From the NCBI RefSeq assembly GCF_004799395.1, contig NZ_SSMZ01000080.1, positions 5,705-69,704 of the forward strand: a DNA stretch of 64,000 nt. Reading direction: 5' to 3'. Position numbers and translations under genes: made by a program. The notes under the pieces are model-generated. The model saw nothing but the letters and a program-made list of their open reading frames with translations. It had not been told where the DNA came from and made no database searches. Positions 55,732-64,000 of this stretch are shown here, piece after piece (position 1 is the stretch's first letter; every line of letters begins with the position of its first letter). Source of the stretch: Phenylobacterium sp. (GTDB taxonomy: Bacteria; Pseudomonadota; Alphaproteobacteria; Caulobacterales; Caulobacteraceae).

Positions 55732-56432
55732 AGAAGCTGCTGCGCAGCGACGCTGTCCAGAACCTGCTGGGCTGGCTGTTGGGGATCTATATCCGCCTGA
55801 TCCTGCACACGGTGCGCTGGCGGCACGTGAACCTGGAGTGCGTCGAGCCGGTCCTGTCCGGGAACGCCGGCGCCGTGGCCCTGTTCTGGCATGGCCGCAT
55901 TCCGCTTTGCCTGGCCACGGCGCCGCAGTGGTGGCGCAAGAACACCAAGGCGATGATCTCGCCCTCGGCGGATGGCCAGTTCATCGCCACCGCCCTCGAG
56001 ATGGCGGGTTTTCCAGGCGTGCGCATCTCCACCGCCAAGCCGGGCGACACGGCCAAGGCGCGCCAGGCGGTGGTGGCCTTCCGCGAGGCGATCAACCACG
56101 TGGCCGCGGGAGGGGCTCTGGTGGTGACCCCGGACGGGCCGCGTGGGCCGAACGAGGTGATCGCGCCCGGGGCGCTGCAGATCGCCAAGCGTTCGAAGCA
56201 GCCGGTCTTCCTGATGGGCATAGCGGCCAGTCCGGCCATCCAGCTGAACGGCTGGGACAAGATCATGTTTGCAGCCCCCTTCGGCCGCGGCGCCGTGGTG
56301 TGGGACGGCCCGCTCCATGTGCCGGACGGGATCGACGAGGCGGGCTCCGAGGCATTGCTCGCCCAATGGTCGGCCCGCCTCTCAGCGGTCACCCGACAGG
56401 CGGAAGCCCTGGTGGGACGTCGCGCCGGCTAG
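55728..56432 (+). CDS. lpxJ: DUF374 lipid A late acyltransferase (LpxJ-like)
   Basis: FWHGR, ISPSADG and VTPDGPRGP motifs; operon context. Confidence 0.82.
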   Translation: MKKLLRSDAVQNLLGWLLGIYIRLILHTVRWRHVNLECVEPVLSGNAGAVALFWHGRIPLCLATAPQWWRKNTKAMISPSADGQFIATALEMAGFPGVRISTAKPGDTAKARQAVVAFREAINHVAAGGALVVTPDGPRGPNEVIAPGALQIAKRSKQPVFLMGIAASPAIQLNGWDKIMFAAPFGRGAVVWDGPLHVPDGIDEAGSEALLAQWSARLSAVTRQAEALVGRRAG

Positions 56433-56442
56433 CACCCCGGCC

Positions 56443-56458
56443 GTGATGTGGATATCAC
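56443..56458. promoter_or_regulatory. Putative TetR operator (copy 1)
   Basis: GTGATGT-GG-ATATCAC, 6 nt before the tetR ATG. Confidence 0.75.
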
Positions 56459-56464
56459 GGTCCG

Positions 56465-57043
56465 ATGCCAAGGCGCGTCAGAGGATCGGCTCCGGGCGGG
56501 GACGCCACGCCCACCGCGGTTCGGCTGCGCGACGCGGCCATGGCCGAGTTCAACGCCCATGGTTTCGCCGGCACCGACAGCAACCGCATCGCCCGGCGCG
56601 CCGGCTTCGCGCCACAGACCTTCTACCGCTGGTACAAGGATAAGACCGAGGTCTTCATCGCCTGCTACCGGGCCTGGTGGGATGAGGAGGAGGCGTCGCT
56701 GCAGGCCCTGTTCGACCGTGACGCCCCATCCGAGGCCCTGGTCGAGACCGGCGTCGCGCACCACCGCCGCCATCTGATGTTCCGCCGTAGCCTGCGTCAG
56801 CTGTCGATCGACGACCCCGCGGTGCGCCGCGCCCGCGCCGAGGCGCGGTTGCGGCAGGTCACGCAGCTGCGCGCCTGGGCTGGCCTGGGCTTCAGCGACG
56901 AGCAACTCGCGGTGATGTTCTTCCAGTTCGAGCGCCTGACCGACGCCATCGCCGAGGGGGAGCTGGCCGACATGGGACTCGGCGAGACCGAGGCGCGACG
57001 GCTGATCGCGGGCCTGGTGGATCGGGTGCGTGGCCGCGCCTAG
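56465..57043 (+). CDS. TetR family transcriptional regulator
   Basis: EFNAHGFAGT...IARRAGFAPQTFYRWYKDK HTH. Confidence 0.9.
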   Translation: MPRRVRGSAPGGDATPTAVRLRDAAMAEFNAHGFAGTDSNRIARRAGFAPQTFYRWYKDKTEVFIACYRAWWDEEEASLQALFDRDAPSEALVETGVAHHRRHLMFRRSLRQLSIDDPAVRRARAEARLRQVTQLRAWAGLGFSDEQLAVMFFQFERLTDAIAEGELADMGLGETEARRLIAGLVDRVRGRA

Positions 57044-57408
57044 CCGGCGACGCCGGCCGCGCGCCCGTAGCTGGCCGCCAGGATCAAGAGGCCGCCGCCG
57101 ATCGCCAGGTCCTTGAGGAACAGGGTCCGCTCGGCCTTATCGCCCAGGTCGAGGTGGAAGACGAAGGCCGTCGCCACACAGAACCCCGCCAGGGCCAGCG
57201 CGCCCCAGCGCGCCTGGAAGCCGCTCAGCACCGAGAGGCCTGCGCCGATCTCCAGCGCGATCACCGCCGGCAGCAGGAAGGCCGGGACGCGATGCTGGGC
57301 CATGTGATCCAGGAACGGCTTCGGCCCTAGGATCTTCGCTACGCCCGCCAGGATGAACAGCAGGGCGACCAACGCACGGCCAGCCCAATTCGCCGCGATC
57401 CAAACCAT
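57040..57408 (-). CDS. DoxX family membrane protein
   Basis: Real C-terminal part of ORF 57040..57906: GRALVALLFILAGVAK, EIGAGL and FLKDLAIGGGLL. Confidence 0.88.
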   Translation of the reverse strand: MVWIAANWAGRALVALLFILAGVAKILGPKPFLDHMAQHRVPAFLLPAVIALEIGAGLSVLSGFQARWGALALAGFCVATAFVFHLDLGDKAERTLFLKDLAIGGGLLILAASYGRAAGVAG

Positions 57409-57437
57409 CCCCGTCTCCCTGATTCCGCCCTGCGTTT

Positions 57438-57453
57438 GTGATATTGATATCAC
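57438..57453. promoter_or_regulatory. Putative TetR operator (copy 2, perfect palindrome)
   Basis: GTGATAT-TG-ATATCAC, 29 nt upstream of the doxX start. Confidence 0.78.
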
Positions 57454-57527
57454 CTTCTTGACCTCGTCAAGCCGCGCCCGCCGCGTTGGCGGATTGATCC
57501 TGCCGGCCCGCGGTGAGACATAGGGCC

Positions 57528-58565
57528 ATGGCGCACACCCACGACCACGGCGATCATGACCATGACGACCATGATCATCGGGACCACGCGCATCACGACG
57601 ATGCCGCGCACGGTCATGAGCATGGCCACAAGCACAGCCACGGCCACGCCAGCGGCCATCACCACCATGCGCCGGTCGACATGGGCAGCGCTTTCGCCGT
57701 CGGGGTGACGCTGAACACGCTCTTCGTGCTGGTCGAAGTGGGCGCGGGCTTCCTGTCCCACTCGATGGCGCTGCTGGCCGACGCCGGCCACAACCTCTCC
57801 GATGTCCTTGCGTTGCTGATGGCCTGGGGCGCGACGGTGCTGGCCAGGCGGGCGCCGACCAGCCGCCGCACCTACGGACTGCGCAAGGGGACCATCCTGG
57901 CCTCATTGGGCAATGCGGTCTTCCTATTGCTGGCGATCGGGGCGATCGTCTCGGAGTCGATCCACCGCCTGACCCTGCACACCGCGATCGACGCCCGCAC
58001 CGTCATGCTGACCGCCGGCCTTGGCGTGGTGATCAACACCACGACCGCGCTGCTGTTCATGCGCGGCAGCCAAGAGGACCTGAACGTCCGCGGCGCCTTC
58101 CTGCACATGGCCAGCGACGCGGCGATTTCGGTGGCAGTCGTGATCGGCGCTGCGGTCATCGCCTTCACCGGCCTGCAATGGATCGACCCCGTCCTCAGCC
58201 TGGGAATCGCGGCGATCATCGTCATGGGCACCTGGGGTCTGCTGCGGGACTCAGTGAACCTGGCGCTGGACGGCGCGCCGCGCGGAATCGACGTCGCTGA
58301 GGTGCGCGAGTGGCTGGCCGCCCTGCCCGGCGTGGAAGAGATCCACGACCTGCACGTCTGGGCGATGAGCACGACGGAGACGGCGCTGACGGCCCATGTG
58401 ATCCGCCCGGCCGCCAAAAATGAGACAGGGGGCGACGATGGCGACAGCTTCCTGCACTCGGCCTGCGAGGGCCTCGCCCACCGCTTCAACATCGGTCACG
58501 CCACCCTGCAGGTGGAGACCGACAGCGAGCACGCCTGCCGCCTGGCCCCCGCCGGCGTGGTGTGA
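57528..58565 (+). CDS. Cation diffusion facilitator (CzcD/ZitB-like) with His-rich N-terminus
   Basis: LLADAGHNLSD, AFLHMASD, HDLHVW and HATLQVE motifs. Confidence 0.92.
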   Translation: MAHTHDHGDHDHDDHDHRDHAHHDDAAHGHEHGHKHSHGHASGHHHHAPVDMGSAFAVGVTLNTLFVLVEVGAGFLSHSMALLADAGHNLSDVLALLMAWGATVLARRAPTSRRTYGLRKGTILASLGNAVFLLLAIGAIVSESIHRLTLHTAIDARTVMLTAGLGVVINTTTALLFMRGSQEDLNVRGAFLHMASDAAISVAVVIGAAVIAFTGLQWIDPVLSLGIAAIIVMGTWGLLRDSVNLALDGAPRGIDVAEVREWLAALPGVEEIHDLHVWAMSTTETALTAHVIRPAAKNETGGDDGDSFLHSACEGLAHRFNIGHATLQVETDSEHACRLAPAGVV

Positions 58566-59845
58566 GCCGAACGCCCCGCACCTTGCCGCTGGCCCTCTAC
58601 GCCGCGGCGACGGGCCTGCTGGAGCCCCTGGCGCCGAGCCTGCTGCGCCGGCGCGCGGCCCGCGGCAAGGAAGCGCCTGACCGCCTGAACGAGCGCCTGG
58701 GCCGGCCCGACCTGCCCAGGCCTGATGGCCCCCTCGCCTGGCTGCACGGGGTCAGTGTGGGCGAGAGCCTGTCGCTGCTGCCGCTGATCGCCGCGTTGCG
58801 CGCGGCCCGCCCGGGCCTGTCCATCCTCGTCACCTCCGGCACGGTGACCTCCGCCCAGGTCCTGGCCCAGCGGCTGCCCCCCGGCGTGATCCACCAGTTC
58901 GCACCCGTCGACGCGCCTGGCGCGGCGGCGCGCTTCCTCGACCACTGGCGTCCGGACGCCGTGCTGTTCGTCGAAAGCGAGCTCTGGCCGAACCTGATCG
59001 TGGCGGCCAAGGCCCGCGGCGCGCGCCTGGCCCTGATCTCGGCGCGGATGACGAAGGCCAGCGCCGACGGCTGGGGACGCGCGCCCGGCACGGCGCGCGC
59101 GCTGCTGCAGGCCTTCGATCTGGTGCTGGCGCAGGACGGCGACACCGAGGCGCGATTGGCGGCCCTGGGCGCCACGCTCGGGCCGCGGCTGAACCTGAAG
59201 CTGGTGGGCGAGGCGCCGCCGGTAGACGCAGCGATCGTGGCCGCCTTGAAGGCGGGCCTGGGCGGGCGCAAGGCCGTGCTGGCCGCCAGCACCCATCCCG
59301 GCGAGGAGGCGCTTGTCGCCCAGGCGTTTCGCACCGCCACGGCCGAAGGGCCGCCCGCCGTGCTGCTCGTCGCCCCGCGCCACCCCGAGCGCGGGCCCGA
59401 CGTCGCCAGCGAACTCCAGGGCCTGGGCTTCACAGTCGCCCGGCGCGCGGCGGGGGAGCCGCTGACGCCGCGGACCGACGCCTATGTGGTGGACACCCTG
59501 GGCGAGCTCGGCGGCTTCTACGCGACTTCGGACGCGGTGGTGATGGGTGGCAGCTTCGTGGCCGGGGTCGGCGGGCACAACCCGCTGGAGGCCGCCCGGC
59601 TGGAAGCCGCCATCGTAACGGGTCCTCACGCATTCAACGCCCGCGACATCTATGCGGCGATGCTCGCCAACGCCGCCGCCATCGAGGCCGCCGACGCCGG
59701 CGCGCTCGCGCGGCACATCGCGGGCCTGCTGGCCAATCCGATGATCGCGCGGCGGATCGGCGAGGCGGCGGCCGACTACGCGGCGCGGCAGGGCGCAGCG
59801 CTGATCGCCGCCATGGCCCTGATCGAGCCCCTGCTGGCCGCATGA
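58562..59845 (+). CDS. kdtA: 3-deoxy-D-manno-octulosonate (Kdo) transferase
   Basis: WLHGVSVGE, ESELWPN, AASTHPGEE, APRHPER and GGHNPLEAA motifs. Confidence 0.95.
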   Translation: MSRTPRTLPLALYAAATGLLEPLAPSLLRRRAARGKEAPDRLNERLGRPDLPRPDGPLAWLHGVSVGESLSLLPLIAALRAARPGLSILVTSGTVTSAQVLAQRLPPGVIHQFAPVDAPGAAARFLDHWRPDAVLFVESELWPNLIVAAKARGARLALISARMTKASADGWGRAPGTARALLQAFDLVLAQDGDTEARLAALGATLGPRLNLKLVGEAPPVDAAIVAALKAGLGGRKAVLAASTHPGEEALVAQAFRTATAEGPPAVLLVAPRHPERGPDVASELQGLGFTVARRAAGEPLTPRTDAYVVDTLGELGGFYATSDAVVMGGSFVAGVGGHNPLEAARLEAAIVTGPHAFNARDIYAAMLANAAAIEAADAGALARHIAGLLANPMIARRIGEAAADYAARQGAALIAAMALIEPLLAA

Positions 59846-60864
59846 AGCTCTCGACGCCCCGCTGGTGGTACGTGCGCGACGACGCCCAGCGGCGCGGCGG
59901 CATGCCGTGGATCCGCGCGGCGCTGACGCCGGCCTCCTGGATCTGGACGGCGGTGACCGCGCGGCGGATCGCCCGCACCGTCCCCGTCGATCCCGGCGTC
60001 CCGGTGATCTGTGTCGGCAACCTCACGATGGGCGGCGTCGGCAAGACCCCAGTGGTGAGCGCGCTCGCCGACCGGCTCGCCGCGCGGGGCCTGGCGGTCC
60101 ATCTGCTGTCGCGGGGCTACGGCGGCCGGCTGGAGGGTCCCGTGCGGGTCGAACCCGCGACGCACACCACAGGCGATGTCGGCGACGAGCCGCTGATGCT
60201 CGCGGCCCACTATCCGGTCTGGGTGTCCCGCGACCGCGCCGCCGGAGCCAAGGCGGCCGCAGCCGCCGGGGCCCAGGTGATCGTCATGGACGACGGCCAC
60301 CAGAACCCCTCGGTGAAGAAGGCCCTGTCGCTGGTTGTGGTGGATGGCGAGACCCGCGGCGAGGACTGGCCGTTCGGCGACGGGCGCGTGTTCCCCGCCG
60401 GGCCCATGCGCGAGCCGCTGGCCGTGGGCCTGGCGCGGGCGGATGCGGTTCTGGTGCTGCTTCCCGGAGACCTGCCCCAGGCGGAGGCGGAGCTGACCGC
60501 GATGCTGGCCGGGCCGCTATTGCTGACCGGCCACCTCCAACCGACTTCCGCGCCGCCGGCGGGGCCGCAGGTGGGCTTCGCCGGCATCGGCAAGCCGTGG
60601 AAGGTGGCCGCCTCTCTGAAAGCCGCCGGCTGCGAGCTCGCCGACTTCGCGCCCTTCCCCGATCACGCCGCCTACAGCCAAGCGACGCTGAAGGCGCTCG
60701 CCGACCGCGCCAGCGTCTTCAACGCCGGCCTGGTGACCACCGAGAAGGACTGGGTGCGCCTACCGCCGGAATGGCGCGCGCGGGTCGCCGTCTGGCCGGT
60801 GAAGGCGGTGTTCGACGACCCCGCGGCGCTGGACTCCCTGCTGGCGAAGGCCGGGATCGGCTAG
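59842..60864 (+). CDS. lpxK: Tetraacyldisaccharide 4'-kinase
   Basis: VGNLTMGGVGKTP, SRGYG, GDEP, DDGHQ and TTEKD motifs. Confidence 0.95.
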   Translation: MKLSTPRWWYVRDDAQRRGGMPWIRAALTPASWIWTAVTARRIARTVPVDPGVPVICVGNLTMGGVGKTPVVSALADRLAARGLAVHLLSRGYGGRLEGPVRVEPATHTTGDVGDEPLMLAAHYPVWVSRDRAAGAKAAAAAGAQVIVMDDGHQNPSVKKALSLVVVDGETRGEDWPFGDGRVFPAGPMREPLAVGLARADAVLVLLPGDLPQAEAELTAMLAGPLLLTGHLQPTSAPPAGPQVGFAGIGKPWKVAASLKAAGCELADFAPFPDHAAYSQATLKALADRASVFNAGLVTTEKDWVRLPPEWRARVAVWPVKAVFDDPAALDSLLAKAGIG

Positions 60865-61934
60865 GCGACCGCGCCAGCCTTCTCCGCGAACTTCCAGCTG
60901 GCCTGGGCCAGGGAGATCACGCGGTCGGCCTGCTGGGCGGCGTGGGGGCTGTTGGCAGTGCCGTCGCGCACCCGCCCGACGATGCCCTGCAGGATGCCCG
61001 CCAGGCGGAAGGCGTTGTAGCTGAAGAACCAGTTCAGATCGTGCAGGCCGGTGCGGCCCGTCAGGCTGCAGTAGTACTCCACGGTCTCGTCCATGGTCGG
61101 AATGCCGTGGGCCTTCTGATCCGGGACCGTCGAGATCGTGCCGTTGACCCAGTTCATGAGCAGATAGGTGAAGTCGGCCAGAGGCTCGCCGAGCGTCGAC
61201 AGTTCCCAATCCAACACCGCAGTCACCTTGGGTTCGGTCGGGTGGAAGATCATGTTGTCGAGACGGTAGTCGCCGTGGACGATCGAGGTCCGTTCCTGCG
61301 CGGGCAGGGTCTTCGGCAGCCAGTCGATCAGCCGTTCGATCTCCGGGATGTGCTGGGTCTCGGACGCCTTGTACTGCTTGGTCCAGCGCTCGACCTGACG
61401 ACCCATATAGTTGCCCGGCCGGCCATAGTCGGAGAGGCCGATGGCCTCGTAGTCGGTGTTGTGCAGGTCGGCGAGCACCTTGATCTTGTCCATGAAGATC
61501 GCGTGGCGCTCGGGCGGTTGGTACTGCGGCAGGGTCTGGTCCCAGAGGATGCGGCCCTCGACCATGTCCATGATGTAGAACCAGGTGCCGATCACCTCGT
61601 CGTCGATGCAAAGGCCGTAGGTCTTCGCCACCGGAAAGCCGGTCGTTCCGAGCGCGGTGATCACCTTGTATTCGCGATCCACCGCGTGGGCGGATGGCAG
61701 CAGCTTGCCCGGCGGCTTGCGGCGCAGGACGTACTTCTTGCCCGGCGTGATCAGCTGATAGGTGGGGTTCGATTGGCCGCCCTTGAACTGGCGCACCTCC
61801 AGCGGACCGGTGTAGCCCGCGACATTGGCCTGCATCCAGCGGGCTAGGGCGGCTTCGTCGAACTTGTGCGACTCCGCCACGTCCTTGGTGCCGGTGTTGA
61901 GCTGTTCGCGCTCCTGCTCGGCGACGTCGACCAT
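60861..61934 (-). CDS. Phosphotransferase family protein (ACAD10/11 N-terminal-like)
   Basis: GGQSNPTY, SAHAVDRE, HGDYRLDN and LDWELSTLG motifs. Confidence 0.9.
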   Translation of the reverse strand: MVDVAEQEREQLNTGTKDVAESHKFDEAALARWMQANVAGYTGPLEVRQFKGGQSNPTYQLITPGKKYVLRRKPPGKLLPSAHAVDREYKVITALGTTGFPVAKTYGLCIDDEVIGTWFYIMDMVEGRILWDQTLPQYQPPERHAIFMDKIKVLADLHNTDYEAIGLSDYGRPGNYMGRQVERWTKQYKASETQHIPEIERLIDWLPKTLPAQERTSIVHGDYRLDNMIFHPTEPKVTAVLDWELSTLGEPLADFTYLLMNWVNGTISTVPDQKAHGIPTMDETVEYYCSLTGRTGLHDLNWFFSYNAFRLAGILQGIVGRVRDGTANSPHAAQQADRVISLAQASWKFAEKAGAVA

Positions 61935-62011
61935 GGCGATCCCTCGTACAATTGTTTGAAGCCACTTTATCGGGGCGGCCGCCTTCGGAGCAAGGCGCTC
62001 GGGTCACCTTC

Positions 62012-63283
62012 TCAGCGGGCCAGCGCGCGCCAGCCGATGTCGGTGCGATGGAAGCCCTGCGGCCAGTCGATCCGGGCGACCGCGCCGTAGGCGCGCTCGC
62101 GGGCCTCGGCGAGGTCGGTCCCGGCGGCGCAGACGTTGAGCGCGCGGCCGGCGCCGGCCAGCACCGCGCCGTCTGGCCCGGCCGAGGTCCCGGCGTGGAA
62201 GACCACCACGCCTTCGCCGAAATCCTGGTCCAGGCCGCCGATCACGCTGCCGGCCTTGGCTGGACCGGGATAGCCCTCGGTGGCCAGCACAACGCAGACC
62301 GCGTCGTCGTCGCGCCAGACGGGCTCCGGCATCTCGTGTAGGCGGCCCGTGGCGCAGGCCACCAGGTAGGGCACGAGGTCGCTTTCCAGGCGCAGCATCA
62401 GCACCTGGCATTCCGGGTCGCCGAAACGGGCGTTGAACTCGATCAGCTTCGGCCCGTGGCGCGTCGCCATCAGCTCCACGAACAGCACCCCGCGGTAGGG
62501 CGCGCCGTCGGCGGCGATGCCCTTGAACGCTGGCTCGACGAGGCGTTTGCGGGTCTGCTCGACCAGGTCGTAGGTGAAGACCGGCGCCGGCGAATAGGTC
62601 CCCATGCCGCCGGTGTTCGGCCCCTCGTCACCGTCGAAGGCGCGCTTGTGGTCCTGGGCCCAGCCGAACAGCATCGAATGCTTGCCGTCGCAGAGCGCGA
62701 AGAGCGAGCCGATCTCGCCTTCGAGGAATTCTTCGATGACCACCCGAGCGCCGGCCGCGCCAAAGTTCCCTGAGAAGGCGTCGTCGATAGCGGCCTCGGC
62801 GGCGGCGCGGTCGGTGGCGATCACCACGCCCTTGCCCGCGGCCAGGCCGTCGGCCTTGACCACATAGGGCGGCTCGAAGTGCGCCAGGGCAGCCTTGGCG
62901 GCCGGGGCGTCGTCACAGATGCTGTAGCTGGACGTCGGCAGGTGATGGCGGTCGCAGAAGGCCTTGGTGAAGGCCTTGGAGGACTCCAGCCGGCCCGCCG
63001 CGGCGCTGGGCCCGAAACAGGAGATGGCGGCGGCCTCCAACGCGTCGGCCAACCCGGCCTCGATGGCCACCTCAGGCCCGATCACCACGAGATCAGCAGC
63101 GATTTCCTGGGCGAGTTGCACCAGGCGGGCGACCTCAGTCGTCTTGATGTCCCGTGTCTCCGCCAGCATCGCCATGCCGGGATTGCCCGGCGCGCAGACC
63201 AGGCGGGTCAGCAGAGGCGACTGCTTGATCTTCCAGGCCAGCGCATGTTCGCGCCCGCCCGAGCCCACGAGGAGGATGTTCAT
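62012..63283 (-). CDS. purD: Phosphoribosylamine--glycine ligase
   Basis: GSGGREHAL, KADGLAAGKGV, GPNTGGMG and EFNARFGDPE motifs. Confidence 0.97.
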   Translation of the reverse strand: MNILLVGSGGREHALAWKIKQSPLLTRLVCAPGNPGMAMLAETRDIKTTEVARLVQLAQEIAADLVVIGPEVAIEAGLADALEAAAISCFGPSAAAGRLESSKAFTKAFCDRHHLPTSSYSICDDAPAAKAALAHFEPPYVVKADGLAAGKGVVIATDRAAAEAAIDDAFSGNFGAAGARVVIEEFLEGEIGSLFALCDGKHSMLFGWAQDHKRAFDGDEGPNTGGMGTYSPAPVFTYDLVEQTRKRLVEPAFKGIAADGAPYRGVLFVELMATRHGPKLIEFNARFGDPECQVLMLRLESDLVPYLVACATGRLHEMPEPVWRDDDAVCVVLATEGYPGPAKAGSVIGGLDQDFGEGVVVFHAGTSAGPDGAVLAGAGRALNVCAAGTDLAEARERAYGAVARIDWPQGFHRTDIGWRALAR

Positions 63284-63303
63284 GGGCTGCGCTTTAGCGC
63301 GGC

Positions 63304-63999
63304 TCAACCCTCAAGGTCGAGGGAGTAGCCGGCTGAACGAACGGTCCGGATCGGATCGTCGGTCTCCGAGACGCCGAGCGCCTTCCTCAGCCGGCCGATA
63401 TGCACGTCGACGGTGCGGGCCTCGACATAGACGTCGGAGCCCCAGACGGCGTCCAGCAGTTGCTCGCGGGAGAACACCCGGCCGGGGTGCTGCATCAGGT
63501 AGTCGAGCAGCCGGAATTCGGTGGGGCCGAGGTGGATCTCCTGGCCGGCCCGCTTCACGCGGTGCGCCACGCGGTCGATGAGCAGGTCGCCGCGGCGGAC
63601 GCGGTCCTCGGCGAGGCCCGGGCGGATGCGGCGCAGCACGGCGCGAATGCGCGCCGTCAGCTCGGTCATCGAGAAGGGCTTGACCACATAGTCGTCGGCG
63701 CCGGTGTCGAGGCCGCGCACCCGATCGGTCTCCTCGCCGCGCGCGGTCAGCATGATGATCGGCACGTTGCGGGTCTCGTTGCGCTGGCGCAGGCGCCGGC
63801 AGACCTCGATGCCGGAGACCTTGGGCAGCATCCAGTCCAGCACCACCAGGTCCGGCAGGCGCTCATCGACCAGCAGCAGGGCTTCCTCGCCGTCGCCGGC
63901 CAGGGCGACCTCGTAGCCCTCCTTCTGCAGGTTGTACTGGAGGAGGGTCGCGAGCGAGTCCTCGTCCTCGACCACCAGGACATGAGGCGTCATCTGCAT
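63304..63999 (-). CDS. phoB: Phosphate regulon response regulator PhoB
   Basis: LDWMLP, LTARGEETD, LGPTEFRLL, VYVEARTVDVHIGRLRK and RTVRSAGY motifs. The likely start is at 63993 or 63999. Confidence 0.93.
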   Translation of the reverse strand: MQMTPHVLVVEDEDSLATLLQYNLQKEGYEVALAGDGEEALLLVDERLPDLVVLDWMLPKVSGIEVCRRLRQRNETRNVPIIMLTARGEETDRVRGLDTGADDYVVKPFSMTELTARIRAVLRRIRPGLAEDRVRRGDLLIDRVAHRVKRAGQEIHLGPTEFRLLDYLMQHPGRVFSREQLLDAVWGSDVYVEARTVDVHIGRLRKALGVSETDDPIRTVRSAGYSLDLEG

Positions 64000-64000
64000 C

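Noticed and set aside
57531..57670. Short tandem repeats (GACCAC/CATGAC) as CRISPR or VNTR
   Set aside because: They are codon-level repeats of the His-rich CDF N-terminus. The same applies to the Gly-rich repeats at 36380-36500 and 43200-43560. There is no repeat-spacer pattern and no cas gene.
1..64000. tRNA, rRNA, prophage, IS or integron
   Set aside because: No cloverleaf or rRNA signature, no integrase, transposase or phage structural gene, and no attC-like periodic sites were seen.

Overview
High-GC alphaproteobacterial chromosome segment. Gene order (cox operon-tldD-gshA-rsmE-ubiA; ctpA divergent from msbA-lpxJ-kdtA-lpxK; purD, phoB) and promoter motifs point to Caulobacteraceae, probably Phenylobacterium/Caulobacter-like (inference). 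The core backbone covers thrC, the aa3 cytochrome c oxidase operon, tldD and pmbA, glutathione and ubiquinone genes, the lipid A/Kdo operon, purD and phoB. It is interleaved with many single accessory genes: peptidases, GFA, MmcQ/YjbR, TetR-DoxX, and secreted hypotheticals. I found no rRNA, tRNA, CRISPR, integrase or transposase. The most interesting signals are unannotated and non-coding: (1) a promoter plus SD plus 19-codon leader peptide ending ...CAGPPPRL upstream of an ABC exporter (candidate ribosome-stalling attenuator); (2) a decayed duplicate of that exporter's 3' end flanking a yjgN-M48 cassette, along with several other orphan gene tails that suggest integrase-free cassette turnover; (3) LexA boxes in front of a YcaQ-type crosslink glycosylase and an MmcA-like VOC gene; (4) a shared palindromic operator defining a TetR-DoxX module inside the lipid A operon; (5) BlaI/CopY-type boxes before an orphan ExbB/MotA-like gene; (6) a palindromic repeat that supplies and sequesters the ubiA SD; (7) a structured intergenic element at about 29.4-29.6 kb. 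All calls were made by eye, without database searches.
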